This document shows, one piece after another, positions 1-13,250 of a stretch of 64,000 bases of DNA (its first letter is position 1; each line of letters starts with the position of its first letter). A model generated the notes under the pieces. It saw only the letters and a program-made list of their open reading frames with translations. It was not told the DNA's origin and did not search any database. Source of the stretch: Mytilus californianus (Eukaryota); contig NW_026262690.1 in the NCBI RefSeq assembly GCF_021869535.1, forward strand, positions 47,492,001-47,556,000, written 5' to 3'. The position numbers were made by a program, and so were the translations under genes.

Positions 1-166
1 GGAAGATGTGGTATGAGTGCCAATGAGACAACTCTCCATCCAAGTTACAATTTATAAAAGTAAACCATTATAGGTCAAGGTACGGCCTTCAACACGGAGC
101 ATTGGCTCACACTGAACAGCAAGCTATAAAGGGCCCCAAAAAATTACTAGTGTAAAACCATTCAAA
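1..166 (+). repeat. Fragment of an abundant interspersed repeat (Mytilus-type)
   Basis: aagatgtggtatgagtgccaatgagacaactctccatccaag...tgtaaaaccattcaaac resembles a high-copy mussel repeat known to me; related cores recur elsewhere in the window. Confidence 0.5.
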
Positions 167-1024
167 CTATGCTTATACAACTGCATACCAAATATCATTG
201 ACCTACCACTAGTGGTTCCCTATAAATTGACCTAATCACAAACTAATACATGTAAACTATGAAAACTTTCAAAGTCAATAGACCTTGACTGAGGGGGCGG
301 ATCCAAATAATCTCCATGGTAATGAGATGTGGCAATGCTAATACAACTGCATACCAAATATCATTGACCTACCACTAGTGGTTCACCATGAACTAGACCT
401 AATCACAAACTAATACATTGTTGACGTCACCGCCACCGTCGCCGAAACAGCATACCTATATGTCTCGCTTTTTGACTCCGTCAAGAGTATAATGACAGAC
501 TGAAACTTCATAACATATTAGCTATCTGATCAATACAAGATAAGAAGCATCCAGATCTTTTAGCTTTTAAAATGTAAAGCTTAAAAAATAGTTTACGTCA
601 CCACCCCCAGATTGAAATACCTATTTCTTGCATACCACCAACTTTTGTCGTAGGTGAGACAATAAAATGATACTTTGAAGTACATGTATTGTTTAATATG
701 CTTGACAAGTATAAAATGCAAGTTTCAGTATGACCAATAATTTAGACTATTATCAATATACATGTATGTACATTCAGACTCTTATAAGTACAACAAGCAG
801 TCATTTGACACTAACCAACAAGCATGAGAGGGCTGTGACAGACCCTCATGGGTAGTCAAGGTTGTTTAACACCCCCTGGTGGTACATGTAGCTCACAATA
901 GCAATGACAGCATTAACTTCAGATGTGATGTACTATAAATTTCACAGAAACCAGAAATTCTCATAATCCAAATTTGAAATGAATAATTATCCAAGGTATT
1001 CATGAATTCAGATATGATGCACTA

Positions 1025-1465
1025 TGGAGACACCTAAAAATCCCTAGGGAAAACAGGTTGTGTCAGTCCTACAATACAATTGAGGATGAAAAACATTAAT
1101 TTTTCTTTTCTATTGCAGGAAAAATGCTACCATTAGACCCTTTTTTCATTGAAAAATTAACAAAGGCTAAAAGTATAGAAAATTTTAATAGCCTCAATGA
1201 AAATGAAAAAATGATAAACATTCTTTGCCCATCAACACAAAAACAGATAGAAAGCATAGGTTCCTTTATAAAAAAGTCATTGGCACTAAGGATAGGGGAC
1301 TCTTAATTGAATTTTGAACTATTTTCATCAGTTTGTTTAATATGATTATCATGATTATACATGCTTTTTTCTTGTCATTTAATGTATATAATTATTAATG
1401 TTGTTTTTGTCACAAATCGTATAAGTTGGTTTATATGGCAATACAAGTTTGATTTGATTTGACTA
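1025..1465 (+). mobile_element. 5'-truncated non-LTR retrotransposon (CR1/L2-group) 3' end
   Basis: Frameshifted RHLKIPRENRLCQS..IEDEKH..CRKNATIR Cys/His motif, then the ORF2 C-terminus (ORF 1124-1306) and a (TTTGA)n tail at about 1447-1462. Confidence 0.7.
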
Positions 1466-1999
1466 TTAGTAATCACTGAAACTATGAATTTTCATTATTC
1501 CAATTTGCTATTCTAAATGAATAACTATCCAAGATATTCATGGAATTCAGATATGATGCACTATTAATATTCCCAGAAAACTATGAATTCTCTTTATTCC
1601 AAATTGTTATTTCAAATGAATAATATATCAAAGGTATTCACTGTCATCAAGTAATGTAGTCTTTCTTACAAATTGTAAGATGGCTATTTGTTCAATGCAC
1701 AATTTTCTTCTTGTCCAATCTAATCCGAACATCCCTTCAACATCATGGCATAATGCTGTAAGCCCTATTTGTTATTTACAAAAGCAATAAGTAAACACAA
1801 AGTTATGAATTAATCCACTGTTTCACAATTAGCAGCTATGAGAGTTACTTAGTGACATCTATATATATTTCCTATACCATGTATATGCCGGCTTCATAAT
1901 CTGGCTGGGAATCATGCTCAAACTAATGTGAATTCTACAAAAAAAAATATACATTAAGAATAAAGTACTGAAACTAATCTAATATTGTATATATTTACT

Positions 2000-2730
2000 T
2001 GTATTTAGTATCTAGAAGAAAAACCGGCGAGTCTAATTTGCTTGATAACAAAGTTCTATGACTAATACGACTGTATTTATGACTTATACAATTGAACTTA
2101 TATATAAGTCTCATATAACAAGAAGAATAAAATCTTTCTTTGGGGTTCTATTTTTAAAAAGATATTGTCTCTCTTTCTACATTAATGTTTTCTTATGTGT
2201 GTACTTCATTGAAGGGTTACTGTCTAATTGAGGCTAGCACTTTACATTTGTTTTGATCAATTCTTTAAAGTCTGACATAGTTATTTCTCTCTAAAACACA
2301 ACAGCTGGTATTTCTTTTGATCATTTTATAAAATTACTACAAAGATAAGTTTAAAGAATGATTAATAAAAACAGAAATAAATGCATTATATCTAAAAATT
2401 ACTTTATTTTAGAAAGAAGGTATATTCTGGAATCTGGATGATATATTAGCACAAACTTGGTCAATTTGATTTCTCCAGTTAAGTGTGCTGTCAATTTTAA
2501 CACCTAATAATTTTTCACATGAAGAATTTTGTAATACTTTTGAATTTATTATCAAGTTTGGTTGATAAGTCTGAATTGATAGTTTCTGCTTTGTTCCAGT
2601 AACCAAACATTTTGTTTTATTTTCATTAATGAACATGTTATTCCTTTTGCACCACTCTTCAACCCTGTATTAATCTTCTTGAACATCATCATGTATATTT
2701 TATATGTTTTTCATGTGGACGACCATTCAT
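2000..2730 (-). mobile_element. Degenerate CR1/L2-group LINE reverse transcriptase fragment
   Basis: ORF 2409-2636: WCKRNNMFINENKTK...KLLGVKIDSTLNWRNQIDQVCANIS, the typical post-RT segment, with stops and frameshifts on either side. Boundaries are approximate. Confidence 0.75.
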
Positions 2731-3770
2731 GCCAATTCCAAAACATGACTAAAAGGAGATGTTGGGTATATTCCAAAGAGACAGCAGTCCCAAAACCAAG
2801 ACAAGTAAAAAGGCATCAATGAATTTCGACTAACCATGCTAACAGGGCAAAATTTATGTAACAACTGACAAAGTTCACATGAAAATATAAAGTTTAGGCC
2901 ACACTAATTTGATTCATAGTTCTTTGGATTGAATGATAATATAAGACAAATCTGTGTGCCGTGTGCAGAGCGTCATCCCTCTACTATAACATGATAAAAT
3001 ATTTACAGATATTTTATTCATCATGTTCATTGTAATTATTCATTTTGAGAAAAGATGAATCCTCCACAACACTTGTTCAATATGAATCCTTATAGGTACA
3101 CGCCCGGGGGTACTGTACATGATGAAACAATAAACTCATTTTGTTTTATCAACTGTTTTTAAATGGCAACTGTTATGACTCTGTGCATTGTTTCAGGAAT
3201 ATTAATTTAATAACACTGTGAAGTTGTTTAATTTTGATGATTAATTTTATTTTGAACCATCTAATAGATATTCACTTTCAATGCTTTATTATTATTATAA
3301 AATCTATTCATGTTTCGTTGTCCATGACTCAGGAATTATTTGAAAAATATACTGAACATGCATTTTTGCTAAATAAGTCAATAAAATTAATAATTTTCAC
3401 AACATTTTATATATAAATATTTGATTTGTAGTAAAATTCAACTTGAATTATCTCAAATTCTATTAAATAATTTTATAATTGTAATTATTGTACATCGGCA
3501 TCGCCCACAACGGGCACAAGGTAATTAAGTAAAACAAGGGACATACTTATAAACCAGCGTTAGCAAAGTTATCATATGAAAATGGACATGTAAAGATTTT
3601 TTGGTTGTTGGTAATAAAAAATCCAGCGACAAATTAATCATGCAAATTTAGGACGAGACAGTTATCAATACATTAACATTATCATACAATATGTATAGGT
3701 CCTGTAATAGGCCATCCTGCACAACCAAACCAATGCACCACATGTTAGGGTTTAACAGTAAGACGATGAA

Positions 3771-3912
3771 CAGGGGTGGATCCAGCCATTTTTAAAACGG
3801 GGGAGGGTCCCGACCCAGGATAAAGGGGGTTCAAACTATATGTCCCCTTTCAAATGCATTGATCCTCCAAAAAAGGGGGGTCCAATCCCAGGAACCCCTA
3901 GCCCCGCCACTG
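3771..3912. mobile_element. Short GC-rich MITE-like element
   Basis: Ends caggggtggatcc ... ccccgccactg; termini related to the element at 15608-15774. Confidence 0.5.
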
Positions 3913-5717
3913 GATGAAGACCAAGAGTAACCTTTTTTCTATTCCTTTGTCACCCTTGGGATGTATTTGAAGTACATAAGTCGTAAGGGTTTAAATGACA
4001 TAATTTCATAAACATGATATTAAAAGGGGAGGGGAATGGTGTCATACATGAATTTCAACGATGCATAAACTTTTTACAATCCTACATCCTAACGTTGCAT
4101 TGGAACACGCCACTATGCACGAGTGCGATGATATAGAACGTTGATTCATACCTGTAGGAACAAATGTGCACATTTTTCCTTCAAAATCTTGGATCCATGA
4201 TTATTCTCAAATTCTGATGCAGTGAGTGATGGACATGCTTTAAAATATTGTTCATTTCTACTCACCGATTGCAATATTCAGAGCAGCTTATATTGTACTG
4301 TAAGTTTCCCTTCTACGATTTTGAGTAAAATATAGTTTGCCGACCTGCTTTTCCGCCGACAGAATGCAACAAAAATAAAGTGGGTACAGTAACGTTAAAT
4401 CGTTTACGGGTGAAGAATTGTTTTCCGTTTTTAATAAAACTTGACAGATTTGATTAATTATTATCGGAAAATGTCCCTAATGGATAGTAATTCAAATTAA
4501 ACCAGTTTTATTATGCTGTATAATATATGTAACTAAGTCATATTCTTTAAATTTACTTCACATACACCGACGGAACATTTTCACTTCCGCATAATCATCA
4601 TGCTAATTTATCAAATATATTTCAAATATAAATTTGAAATTATGAATTCATAAACCATCATCTCCAATAATATATAAACTCTATTTTTAAACGAAGGCTT
4701 CTGGTATGTAAAAGAAGTTATAAAAGACTCTAAATAGACAGAATAAAAAAATAAAAGATACCTTTAGGAAAGTCGAATGCACAAGTCAAACACGATTGCA
4801 AAATGATTAAATAAACAACAACAACAATATATTTTTTTTAATATAAAACATGTTTAATAATTACATACGAAAAAGTAAGAATCGAAATTGTTTTATTTTT
4901 TTAATTAAGTAGACTTGGTAAACTATCAAAATAACATAAACCGTCTTCTTTCTAATTTGTATTTCACTCTTGAAGGGGAGCAACCCCTGATACACACTGG
5001 GAAAGTTTCACTCGTTTTGTGTCCAAATTATTAAAATCTGAACACGACTGAACACGGTCTGACAACATCTTGACGTAATTTTGTATCCATGGTCTGATTT
5101 CGACTGAATCAGTCGTAACGGATCTTAACAGCTCGCTAGAAGATTCAGTCTTGTTTATCTTGACATGCCTTAACGGACTGATTTACCTGATGCGACTATC
5201 GATCGAAACGGCGTCTGAAAAGTTCTTAAAAGTCTTGACGTTTTTCTCTAGCGGTAAATCCAGTCGATTAAGATATGATCAGACCAAAATGACCGTTTCA
5301 GACTGAAATCGTGCTACTAGTGTTAATTAATAGGAAAAATTTCTGTTTTTATATTATATAAAAAATATGATGAGATTTAACAACTGAGATTTAATAACTG
5401 GAATTTCAATTTCTGGTAACATTATTTGTATGAATCATTTGCTGAGTATGGATTAATTCATCTTACATTTTAGTCTGTCTAACAGCAATCACATTAATGA
5501 ATGCAGAAAATAATTTCTTAATTTACAGTCATACAGAAATTTCTAAAATGCATTCTCCTTTGGGGAATACCATAGTTAATTTTGAATGCATGACCTTGAA
5601 TTATTTATTCCTAAGGTCCAGATTCATTTTCATTCACTTTCCAAGTATAGGTACTACCGTACACAGATATTAACCCAAGTATCTTATGTTATGTATTTGT
5701 ACTTTTTCATTTTGTAG

Positions 5718-8700
5718 GATTCTGTTCTTCACATGAGCTCTCTGTTTCATGCCTTCATTCTATGTCAAGTAAGTACAAACAAGTTAAATACATTCAGTTT
5801 TCTAATCTCTATTTTTTGTATAACAATGTTACCTGTTTTTTTTCTGTATCAGATTACTAATCCCAACAAATATACAAGGAAAATTACAAATTACATAGTC
5901 AAACAGTAAGTGATAGAAAGGCACAAAAAAATTGATTAGCTATAGGTTATACTTATTTTGTAACCTTATTCTTATGATGATATATTCTATAGCTTGCATG
6001 ACCCATTGGAACAGTATGAGCTATTTCCATCTTTTGTCACATTTCTTGTCATCTATTAACTTTTCATCATGAGCATGCATGAAATATTTGACACTGTTAA
6101 GGAAACAATCAATCAATTCATTAGCTTTTCTCATTTCATTTGGTTACATAAGACTACAAGGCTTGTTTAAATCAACTTTGTTTAAAATAGTGTATGTTAC
6201 ATGTATGTCTTCATAGAAATTTATCATTTTAATCATATAAGGTAAAAACCATGGAGATCAACCAAAGTCAAGAATTGGTTTCTTCTGTTGAAATACAAAC
6301 CCAAATATTTTGAAAGTAGATTGACCATGACTTTCGGAAGATCATTAACAAAGATTCCCTTATTCCTCATGATCAGGTGGCAAACAATTTAATTGAAAGA
6401 TGTTATAAGAATTCATTATTTTTTTCCATCGACTCTTAAAGAGTTGTCCACCAGAGGTATTTCTTTAATATTTAAAAATGGCTTATGTCTTGTTTTTTGT
6501 TTCATGTTTAATAGTTATGGTCAATGTATTGTGAGTCTGCAGCTGCTCAACACCCAGTTACATCAGAAAGTCATCAGATAGCATCATCTACTATTATGGA
6601 CTTCTGGGCAAGGGTAACACCTGGTATTCTACAGCTACTCTCTACACCAAAAGAGGTAAATTATTCTTCTAATTAGTAATAAACAGCAATTCTCATCATT
6701 TAATGTCTATTACATTTCCATTAATCATTCTTTTTAGCTTTGTTTAATAGTTGAGAAACTGGATTGAATTCAAATACAGTAGGTTTCTTACATTATATAG
6801 ATTAACTCAATGATGTCACACATCTTAGAGGGCCACTTAATTCTGTTTTTGAATATTTTTCAAAGATCTTTACATATCTTCTAAATTTCTCTTTAACTTT
6901 TCATTTGAATGCAGACCAAAAGGGATAATTTTTAGCAGAAATGTTATTGAATCTTGTATTTTATTTGTCAATATTACATGATTAATTTTGGTTTCTTTCT
7001 TATTTAGAGATTACATAACATTTTAAGCCATGAACCAAACTATATTTAGAGATTGCATAAAATTTTTTAAGCCATGAACCAAACTATATCTAACAATGCA
7101 AATTTTATAAGAGACTTTTGTTAGATTAAAACAAAAAACTTGAAAAATATTTATATTCGTATAAAGTGTACAATAAATTTAGATAGCAAAAACTTTGATC
7201 TGTTGTTTGTCATGACAAATTGGAGGTCAAGTTCCTTGCAAAATATAGGGCCCTTGATTAATTGAAAATAGTTAGTAGGCAGCTCCTCACCATTTCTGTG
7301 TGGTAACTTGAAAACAGTTCAACCAATCTTTATCAAATTTTATGTTATTTCTCTCAACATAACAAATTGGAGGTCAAGTTTGATTTTGGCAGTTTTCATT
7401 TTGCCTTTCAGGAGTTATGGTCCTTGATGTATTGATATATGGTGATTCATGTTGTTTCCATACATTAATTTCAGAGCTATTCAACCAATTTTGAATTTTT
7501 GTTGTTGTGTTGTTTCTGTTGACAAAAAGGAGTTCAAGTTTTGATATTAACAATTTGCCCTGATGCTGTTCAGGGTTATGGTCCTTGATTGCTTAATAAT
7601 GAAAACAAGATGTTCAAAGAATAATTCGAATTTTAATGTATTTTTATTTCTGTGATTTACAGTTTTCTGAGAAAGTGAACCTACATTTCTTAGGATTGAT
7701 GGAAGCTTTAAGAGAATGCAACTCTTCGGTATTAGCTAAGGTAACAATGCTATATTTATTAAAACTTTTTGATCAAAATTTATTGTTCCAAAGAAAAGGT
7801 TTATCTTCAGGACAGACATGTTTACCTTTTTCAGTATTCTGAATTTTCTTTTTAAAAATAAAGGAATGGAAAAAAATGTATTTAACAAAAGAAGTCTATT
7901 TGTAAGTTTTTTGTTTTCTGTTAGCTATCATAATGTTTTTCTTTTTAAATATTTTAGCATATACTGTTCTGTAGGCCTACAATATTTTTGTTTTTTTAAT
8001 TTAAAATAGCAAAATGACTTTCTTTTGCATTTTTACAATATAATGATAAGCATTTCAGTAGTTTTACTGTTTTTAAATAGATATATGAAAGTAGAAAAGT
8101 TTATTACATTTATAGATACTTATATCATTTGAAAAAAAATAATTGGAGATTTAAATAGAAAATTAAAACATAATGAAGGATAATATACATTTTTATTTTT
8201 TACATTTAGTTTTTATTAAACCTATTGAATCTAATGTATATTTGTCTATATTTTTCAGCTGTTCCCAATGTGGACATCCATTTTATTCACTTATCATTCA
8301 CAGGTTAGTTTTGTATTAACAGTTCATTTATATTAGGTCAAATGATGTGTCGATCAAGCATTAAAAACATGACTATTTTTATACGCCCGTTTACGGGATG
8401 TATTATGGTATACCTCTGTCCGCCCGTCGGTCTGTCTGTCTGTCTGTCCGTCATCAACATGTCGAACATTAACTCAAAAATGCTTTAACCAATTTGCATA
8501 AAACTTTGGTGACTTGTTTATATCTATTGACGTGAGCTCCCTTTCGTTTTTTTATAAAATTTAAACTTTACGTTTCTGAGTCATGGGGTTTTATTCATGA
8601 AAAAAAGGGGGATTTTCCAGTTTTCGGACAAAAAGTCAAGAATGCTTTCACCAACTTGCAAGAAATTGTGGTGAATTGTTTATATCTATTGACATGAGCT

Positions 8701-10209
8701 CCCTTTCGATTTTTATATATTTTGAATTATACGTTTCTGAGTTACAGGGTTTTATTCATAAAAAAAGGGGAGATTTTCCAGTTTTCGGACAAAAACTCAA
8801 AAATTCTTTCAGCAATTCTTATGAAACTTTGGTGAATTGTTTGTATGTATTGATGTAAGCTCCCTTTAGAATTTTATAAATTTTACATTTTACATTTCTG
8901 AGTTGTGGGGTTTTATTCATTAAAAAAAGGGGTGATTTTCCAGTTTTTCGGACAATAACTCAAAAATGCTGTCACCAATTCTCATGAAACTTTGGTGAAT
9001 TGTTTATATCTATTGATGTAAGCTCCCTTTTTATTTGCATAAATTTCTAATATGACATTGAGAATTAATTGAACTTTATTTGTTTATAGTCTGACAACAG
9101 ATTTACTAAGTATTGTGGACTATTGCACAACAGCAAGAAATCTTTAATTGAATATAAATTCAGTTCATATAACCAATTTCAAGTTCTTTGACTACATTTA
9201 TTCAGAAACCTATAATTTGTCAAATATTTAATTACAATCCAAATTCAGACCTTAATCAAGCTTGAATATTGTGTCCATTTTTGCCCCAACTGTTCAGGGT
9301 TGGACCTCTGCGGGCGTATCTAGCTGCGCTCAGCGAAGCAGTTTTTTCTTACATGGGGGAATTTTTTTGTTGTTGAAATAAACATGATAAAGACAAATGA
9401 TGCAGTAAAGTTTATTGCTCGGCGAAACAGTTTATGTGACTATGAAATACTATTAAAAAAAAGTATGGTTGAACGAGACACCATCACAGAGACCTTCAAA
9501 TTATCATAATCTAGGTGTCTTTTGCTAATTTGAGCAAGGTCGAACTAATGATACCCCCGCTTTAAAAAAGTGGGGGTATACTGTTTTACCTCTGTCTGTC
9601 CGTCCATCCATACATCCGTCAGTCAGTCCGTCTGTCCGTCCCATGAATATTTTTCGTCGCATCTTTCTCAGGAACTACACTACAAGGATTTCTGAAATTT
9701 GGTTTCAGGGTTTTATATTAGTCAGCTATTCCGTGTCATGTGTTTTCAGAGTCATCACTCAACAACTTCCTGTTTACCGTCAAGTATTTGGGCAGGGGTA
9801 TCATCAGTGAGCAGTAGCTCACAGTTTCACTTGTTTGCCTTAAATACGTATTGGTCAAACAGAAGCATATTTACTTACTGAAATTATTAAAGGAAAATAG
9901 ATTGTTTACATAGAGTCTCAATTTTATTCTTGATGTGTTTATTTCAGAATCAAACATGTATGATTAAATTTCTAATGTAAATTTATCTTTCAATAAAACT
10001 GACGATTAAACCATTTTTTGTCCAAACAGTTACCAGGCCACTTACAAGTAAGACTTCAGTCTGTTGAGAACTGGGAACCACCTGCTCCATCCAATGATAT
10101 GGCTCTTTTCAACTCTAGTGTGTTGTTGTCATGGCTGAAACGTATACAATTCAAACTGGGACAGAATGAAATCCAGTCTTCTGCTGCTACACAGTTTTAT
10201 ACAGTTTAG
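5718..10209 (+). CDS. unc79: UNC-79 (NALCN channelosome subunit), 3' five coding exons; the 5' part of the gene lies upstream of the window
   Basis: Exons 5718-5768, 6515-6655, 7663-7740, 8259-8303 and 10030-10209, all AG/GT bounded and phase 0, join into DSVLHMSSLFHAFILCQ-LWSMYCE...MDFWARVTPGILQLLSTPKE-FSEKVNLHFLGLMEALRECNSSVLAK-LFPMWTSILFTYHSQ-LPGHLQVRLQ...LKRIQFKLGQNEIQSSAATQFYTV*. I recognise the motifs HAFILxQLWxxYCE, FWxRVTPxILQL, LMEALxECNS and QFKxxQxEIQSSxAxQFY as the UNC79 C-terminus (from memory, no search run). Confidence 0.88.
8378..9340 (+). mobile_element. Helentron/HINE-like element with internal ~162-bp tandem units
   Basis: 5' cccgt-ttacggg hairpin, (GTCT/GTCC)n microsatellite, about 3.3 copies of a unit starting gtgaattgtttatatc (8509, 8671, 8832, 8995), and a 3' GC hairpin near 9320-9338. 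Confidence 0.65.
9549..9835 (+). mobile_element. Short HINE/Pearl-like element
   Basis: ataccccc-gctttaaaaaagt-gggggtat subterminal inverted repeat, GTCY microsatellite, and 3' end ggggtatcatcagtgagcagtagctcacagtttcacttgtt. Confidence 0.65.
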
Positions 10210-10860
10210 GAGCTTGTACAAACTGATGGATTGGAAATCTGGAAAAAAAATTGTCTGTTGTTATACTGATATTTACATCTTAGATGGACAAATGTGAATT
10301 CAAATTATATAAGTTATAATCTATTACTTACCTCTGAATAGTTGTTCACAGATTAGTCCAACAGTACTGAAAGAACACAAGGATTTATTAAAAAATCATT
10401 GCCAAACTGTGTAGATTTCAAGTTAAACAATTACTGCTGGTACAATACTATAGTATTACTAAACTTAAGAAATCTGCAAATTCAAACCATCATGTAGGTT
10501 GAAAATCAATTTATATATTATATTACAAAGTGTAAGAGGCATATTTATTATCACTAGATCATCTAACACTCACATATTATTTAATGTGAGATCTGTATTT
10601 GGAAATAAACATCTAAACATCAATATAAGGCATACAAGTAAAGCATGACATTTATCTCCTTTCGATGTAAAGTTTTGGATCAAAAGTTTCTTCTTTAGAT
10701 TGTAATTACTGTTTAAATGTACAGCAATTATATCAGTCCAAGTGATTGTTAAAGATACAACTCATCCTTTTAAAAGTTAACATAAAAAAAAAGTATTTTT
10801 TCCTCCTGAATTGTAAATAATTTTGCAAAATTTATCTCTCCCCTGAAAAAAAATCACATA

Positions 10861-11040
10861 CTGTAAATTCAGAAATTATTGCGTGCATTTATAATTGCGA
10901 TTTTAAGAGAATGTACAAAAATGCGAGATTAATTATTGCAATTTCAAGAAAATAAGAATGTGAGTTCTTATTATTGCAATACTTAACCGGTTGCATTTTT
11001 CACATTAATAAAAACCTCGCAATAATTTCTGAATTTACAG
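10861..11040. mobile_element. MITE, 180 bp, TA target duplication (Tc1/mariner-like ends)
   Basis: Perfect 23-bp TIR ctgtaaattcagaaattattgcg / cgcaataatttctgaatttacag with TA on both sides; probably lies in the unc79 3' UTR region. Confidence 0.85.
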
Positions 11041-11959
11041 TATTTATGAAGAGGTCAGAAATTTCAGTATTTTTTAAACAAAAGAATAATATCAATGTTT
11101 TGAACAAATTCATTTCCCAGAAAAATTAAATCAAATTCTGGGTTTTGTCTTAACATTTGCCAATTTTTAAAATATATGAAACTGACTTTTGAAAGATGCA
11201 ACAAATACAACATTGCATCCTGGGACAAGAAATTAGTTATAATCGTGTCTATCTTCCATAAGAATTTATTCTTATAATCATGTGCAATAAATACAAGATG
11301 GCACCCCATGACAAGGATTTAGTTGTAATGGTGTCTACCTTCCATGAGAATTTATTCTTTTATTCATGTGCAATAAATACAAACAAGTGCAATATTGAGA
11401 AGTAAGATTTTATAAAATAGCAGAACCAATTTGTTGTGATTAATTTATTGACTGTGTAATTATTTGTGAGTTATTTGATTGTTATTGTTGGTGTAGTTGT
11501 TTGTTAGCTGTGATTTAGATTAGTTATGTTATGTCTGAATTATTAAAGGCATATGAATAAAATGATGTGTCAGCTACTTCCACCTCTTCCCCTTTCTACT
11601 TTATAGTGACAAACTCCAACGCACTGAAGTTTATGTCAATGGTAATAATTTAGAAGACAATAAATAGACAACACAGGTTTTTTCAGAAATAGATCAGACA
11701 AGATTGAATCATTTACATCAACACCTGATTTTAAATTGAAAAAAAAATATAAAGAGAAAGTTATAAAAAAACAAAAGTCTAATTCTGTATTCAATGTGTG
11801 CCACCCATGTTTTTGGAATTACCTAGCCTTCATCTACTCTTCAGACAAAAAGTTTTGAAAACCACATTAAGCATAAAATCTAAAAAGAGGCAACACTGTC
11901 TTGGGTCAATTTAGACTGAGGTAGTTTTAGTATAATTACAAATTTATGAAAGTGAAATT

Positions 11960-13250
11960 TTTAAAGATGAAATGTATCATTTAAACCATGTCTGTACAGG
12001 GGCATTGGCTACTGTGTGGATTGTACACATGGGGACATATAGTCCTCCACCAGCAGTACTGACACAGTGATAGGAAAAAAAATGTATCATTTGTATAAAC
12101 CACACCAAAGCAGGAGGACTGGCTACTTCCTGGATTGCACCCATGGGCACTGATAGTTCACCACTAGTGGTAGATATACCGTGTCCCAGTGCTAATAAAA
12201 AAATGTACCATTTAAACCACACCAGTACAGGGGCATTGATAGTATAGAAAAACCATCATTAATCCATGCTAGTACAGGAGCATTGATAGTGTAAAAAATA
12301 CATTTCATTTAATCCATGCCAGTACAGGAGCGTTAATAGTATAAAAAACGATCATTTAATCTATGTCAGTACAGGAGCAAAAAACGCTCATTTCATCTAT
12401 GCCAGTACATGAGCATTGATACATTGTAGTAGGAAAAAAACGTATCATTTAATCCATGCCAGTACAGGAGCATTGATAGAAGTATAAAAAAAAACGATCA
12501 TTTAATCCATGCCAGTTCAGAAGCATTGATAGTATAAGAAAATATATTATTTAATCCAATCCAGTACAGGAGCATTGCCAGTATAAAAAAGCGATCAGGA
12601 GCATTGATATTAAAAAATGTATCTTTTAATCCATTCCAGTATAGGCGCATTGATAGTATAAAAACGATCATTCAACCCATTTCAGTACAGGAGCAAAAAA
12701 AGATCATTTAATCTAATACCGTACAGAAGCATCGTTATGAAAAAAAAGATCATGTAATCTATGCCAGTACATGATAAAATTGAGAATGGAAATGGGGAAT
12801 ATGTCAAAGAGACAACAACCTGACCAAAGAGCAGAAAACAGCCCAAGGCCACCAATGGGTCTTCAACACGGCGAGAAAATCCCGCACCCGGAGGGGGGCT
12901 TCAGCTGGCCCTTAAATAAAAATATGTACTAGTTCAGTGAAAATGGACGTCATACTAAACTCCAAAACATATAAATGAACCAAAATTAAAAAACCTACAA
13001 GACCAGCAAAGGCCAGAGGCTCCTGACTTGGGACAGGCGCAAAAATGCGGCGGGGTTAAACATGTTTTGTGAGATCTCAACCCTCCCCCTATACGAGCAT
13101 TGATAGTATGGATAAAACAATCATTCAATCCATGCCAGTACATGAGCTTTGATGTGTAAAAAATGTATCATATATTCCATGCCAGTACAGGAGCATAGAT
13201 AGTATATAAAAACGATCATTTAATCCATTCAAGTATAGGAGCATTGATTG
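11960..13250. repeat. Minisatellite array (~46-bp unit), interrupted by an interspersed repeat
   Basis: Unit aaaaaacgatcatttaatccatgccagtacaggagcattgatagtat; longer (~80-bp), more divergent units at the left end. Confidence 0.85.
12775..13094 (+). mobile_element. Truncated copy of an abundant interspersed repeat inserted in the minisatellite
   Basis: aaaattgagaatggaaatggggaat...gagatctcaaccctcccctatac is the reverse complement of the copies at 35841-36382 and 49300-49934. Confidence 0.8.

Noticed and set aside
1100-1130. Strong-looking splice acceptor (ttttctattgcag) as an additional unc79 exon
   Set aside because: The downstream frame is LINE ORF2 sequence with no matching donor and no UNC79 similarity.
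11977-12222. ORF with a signal-peptide-like start (MWFKWYIFLLALGHG)
   Set aside because: It is the antisense translation of divergent minisatellite units.
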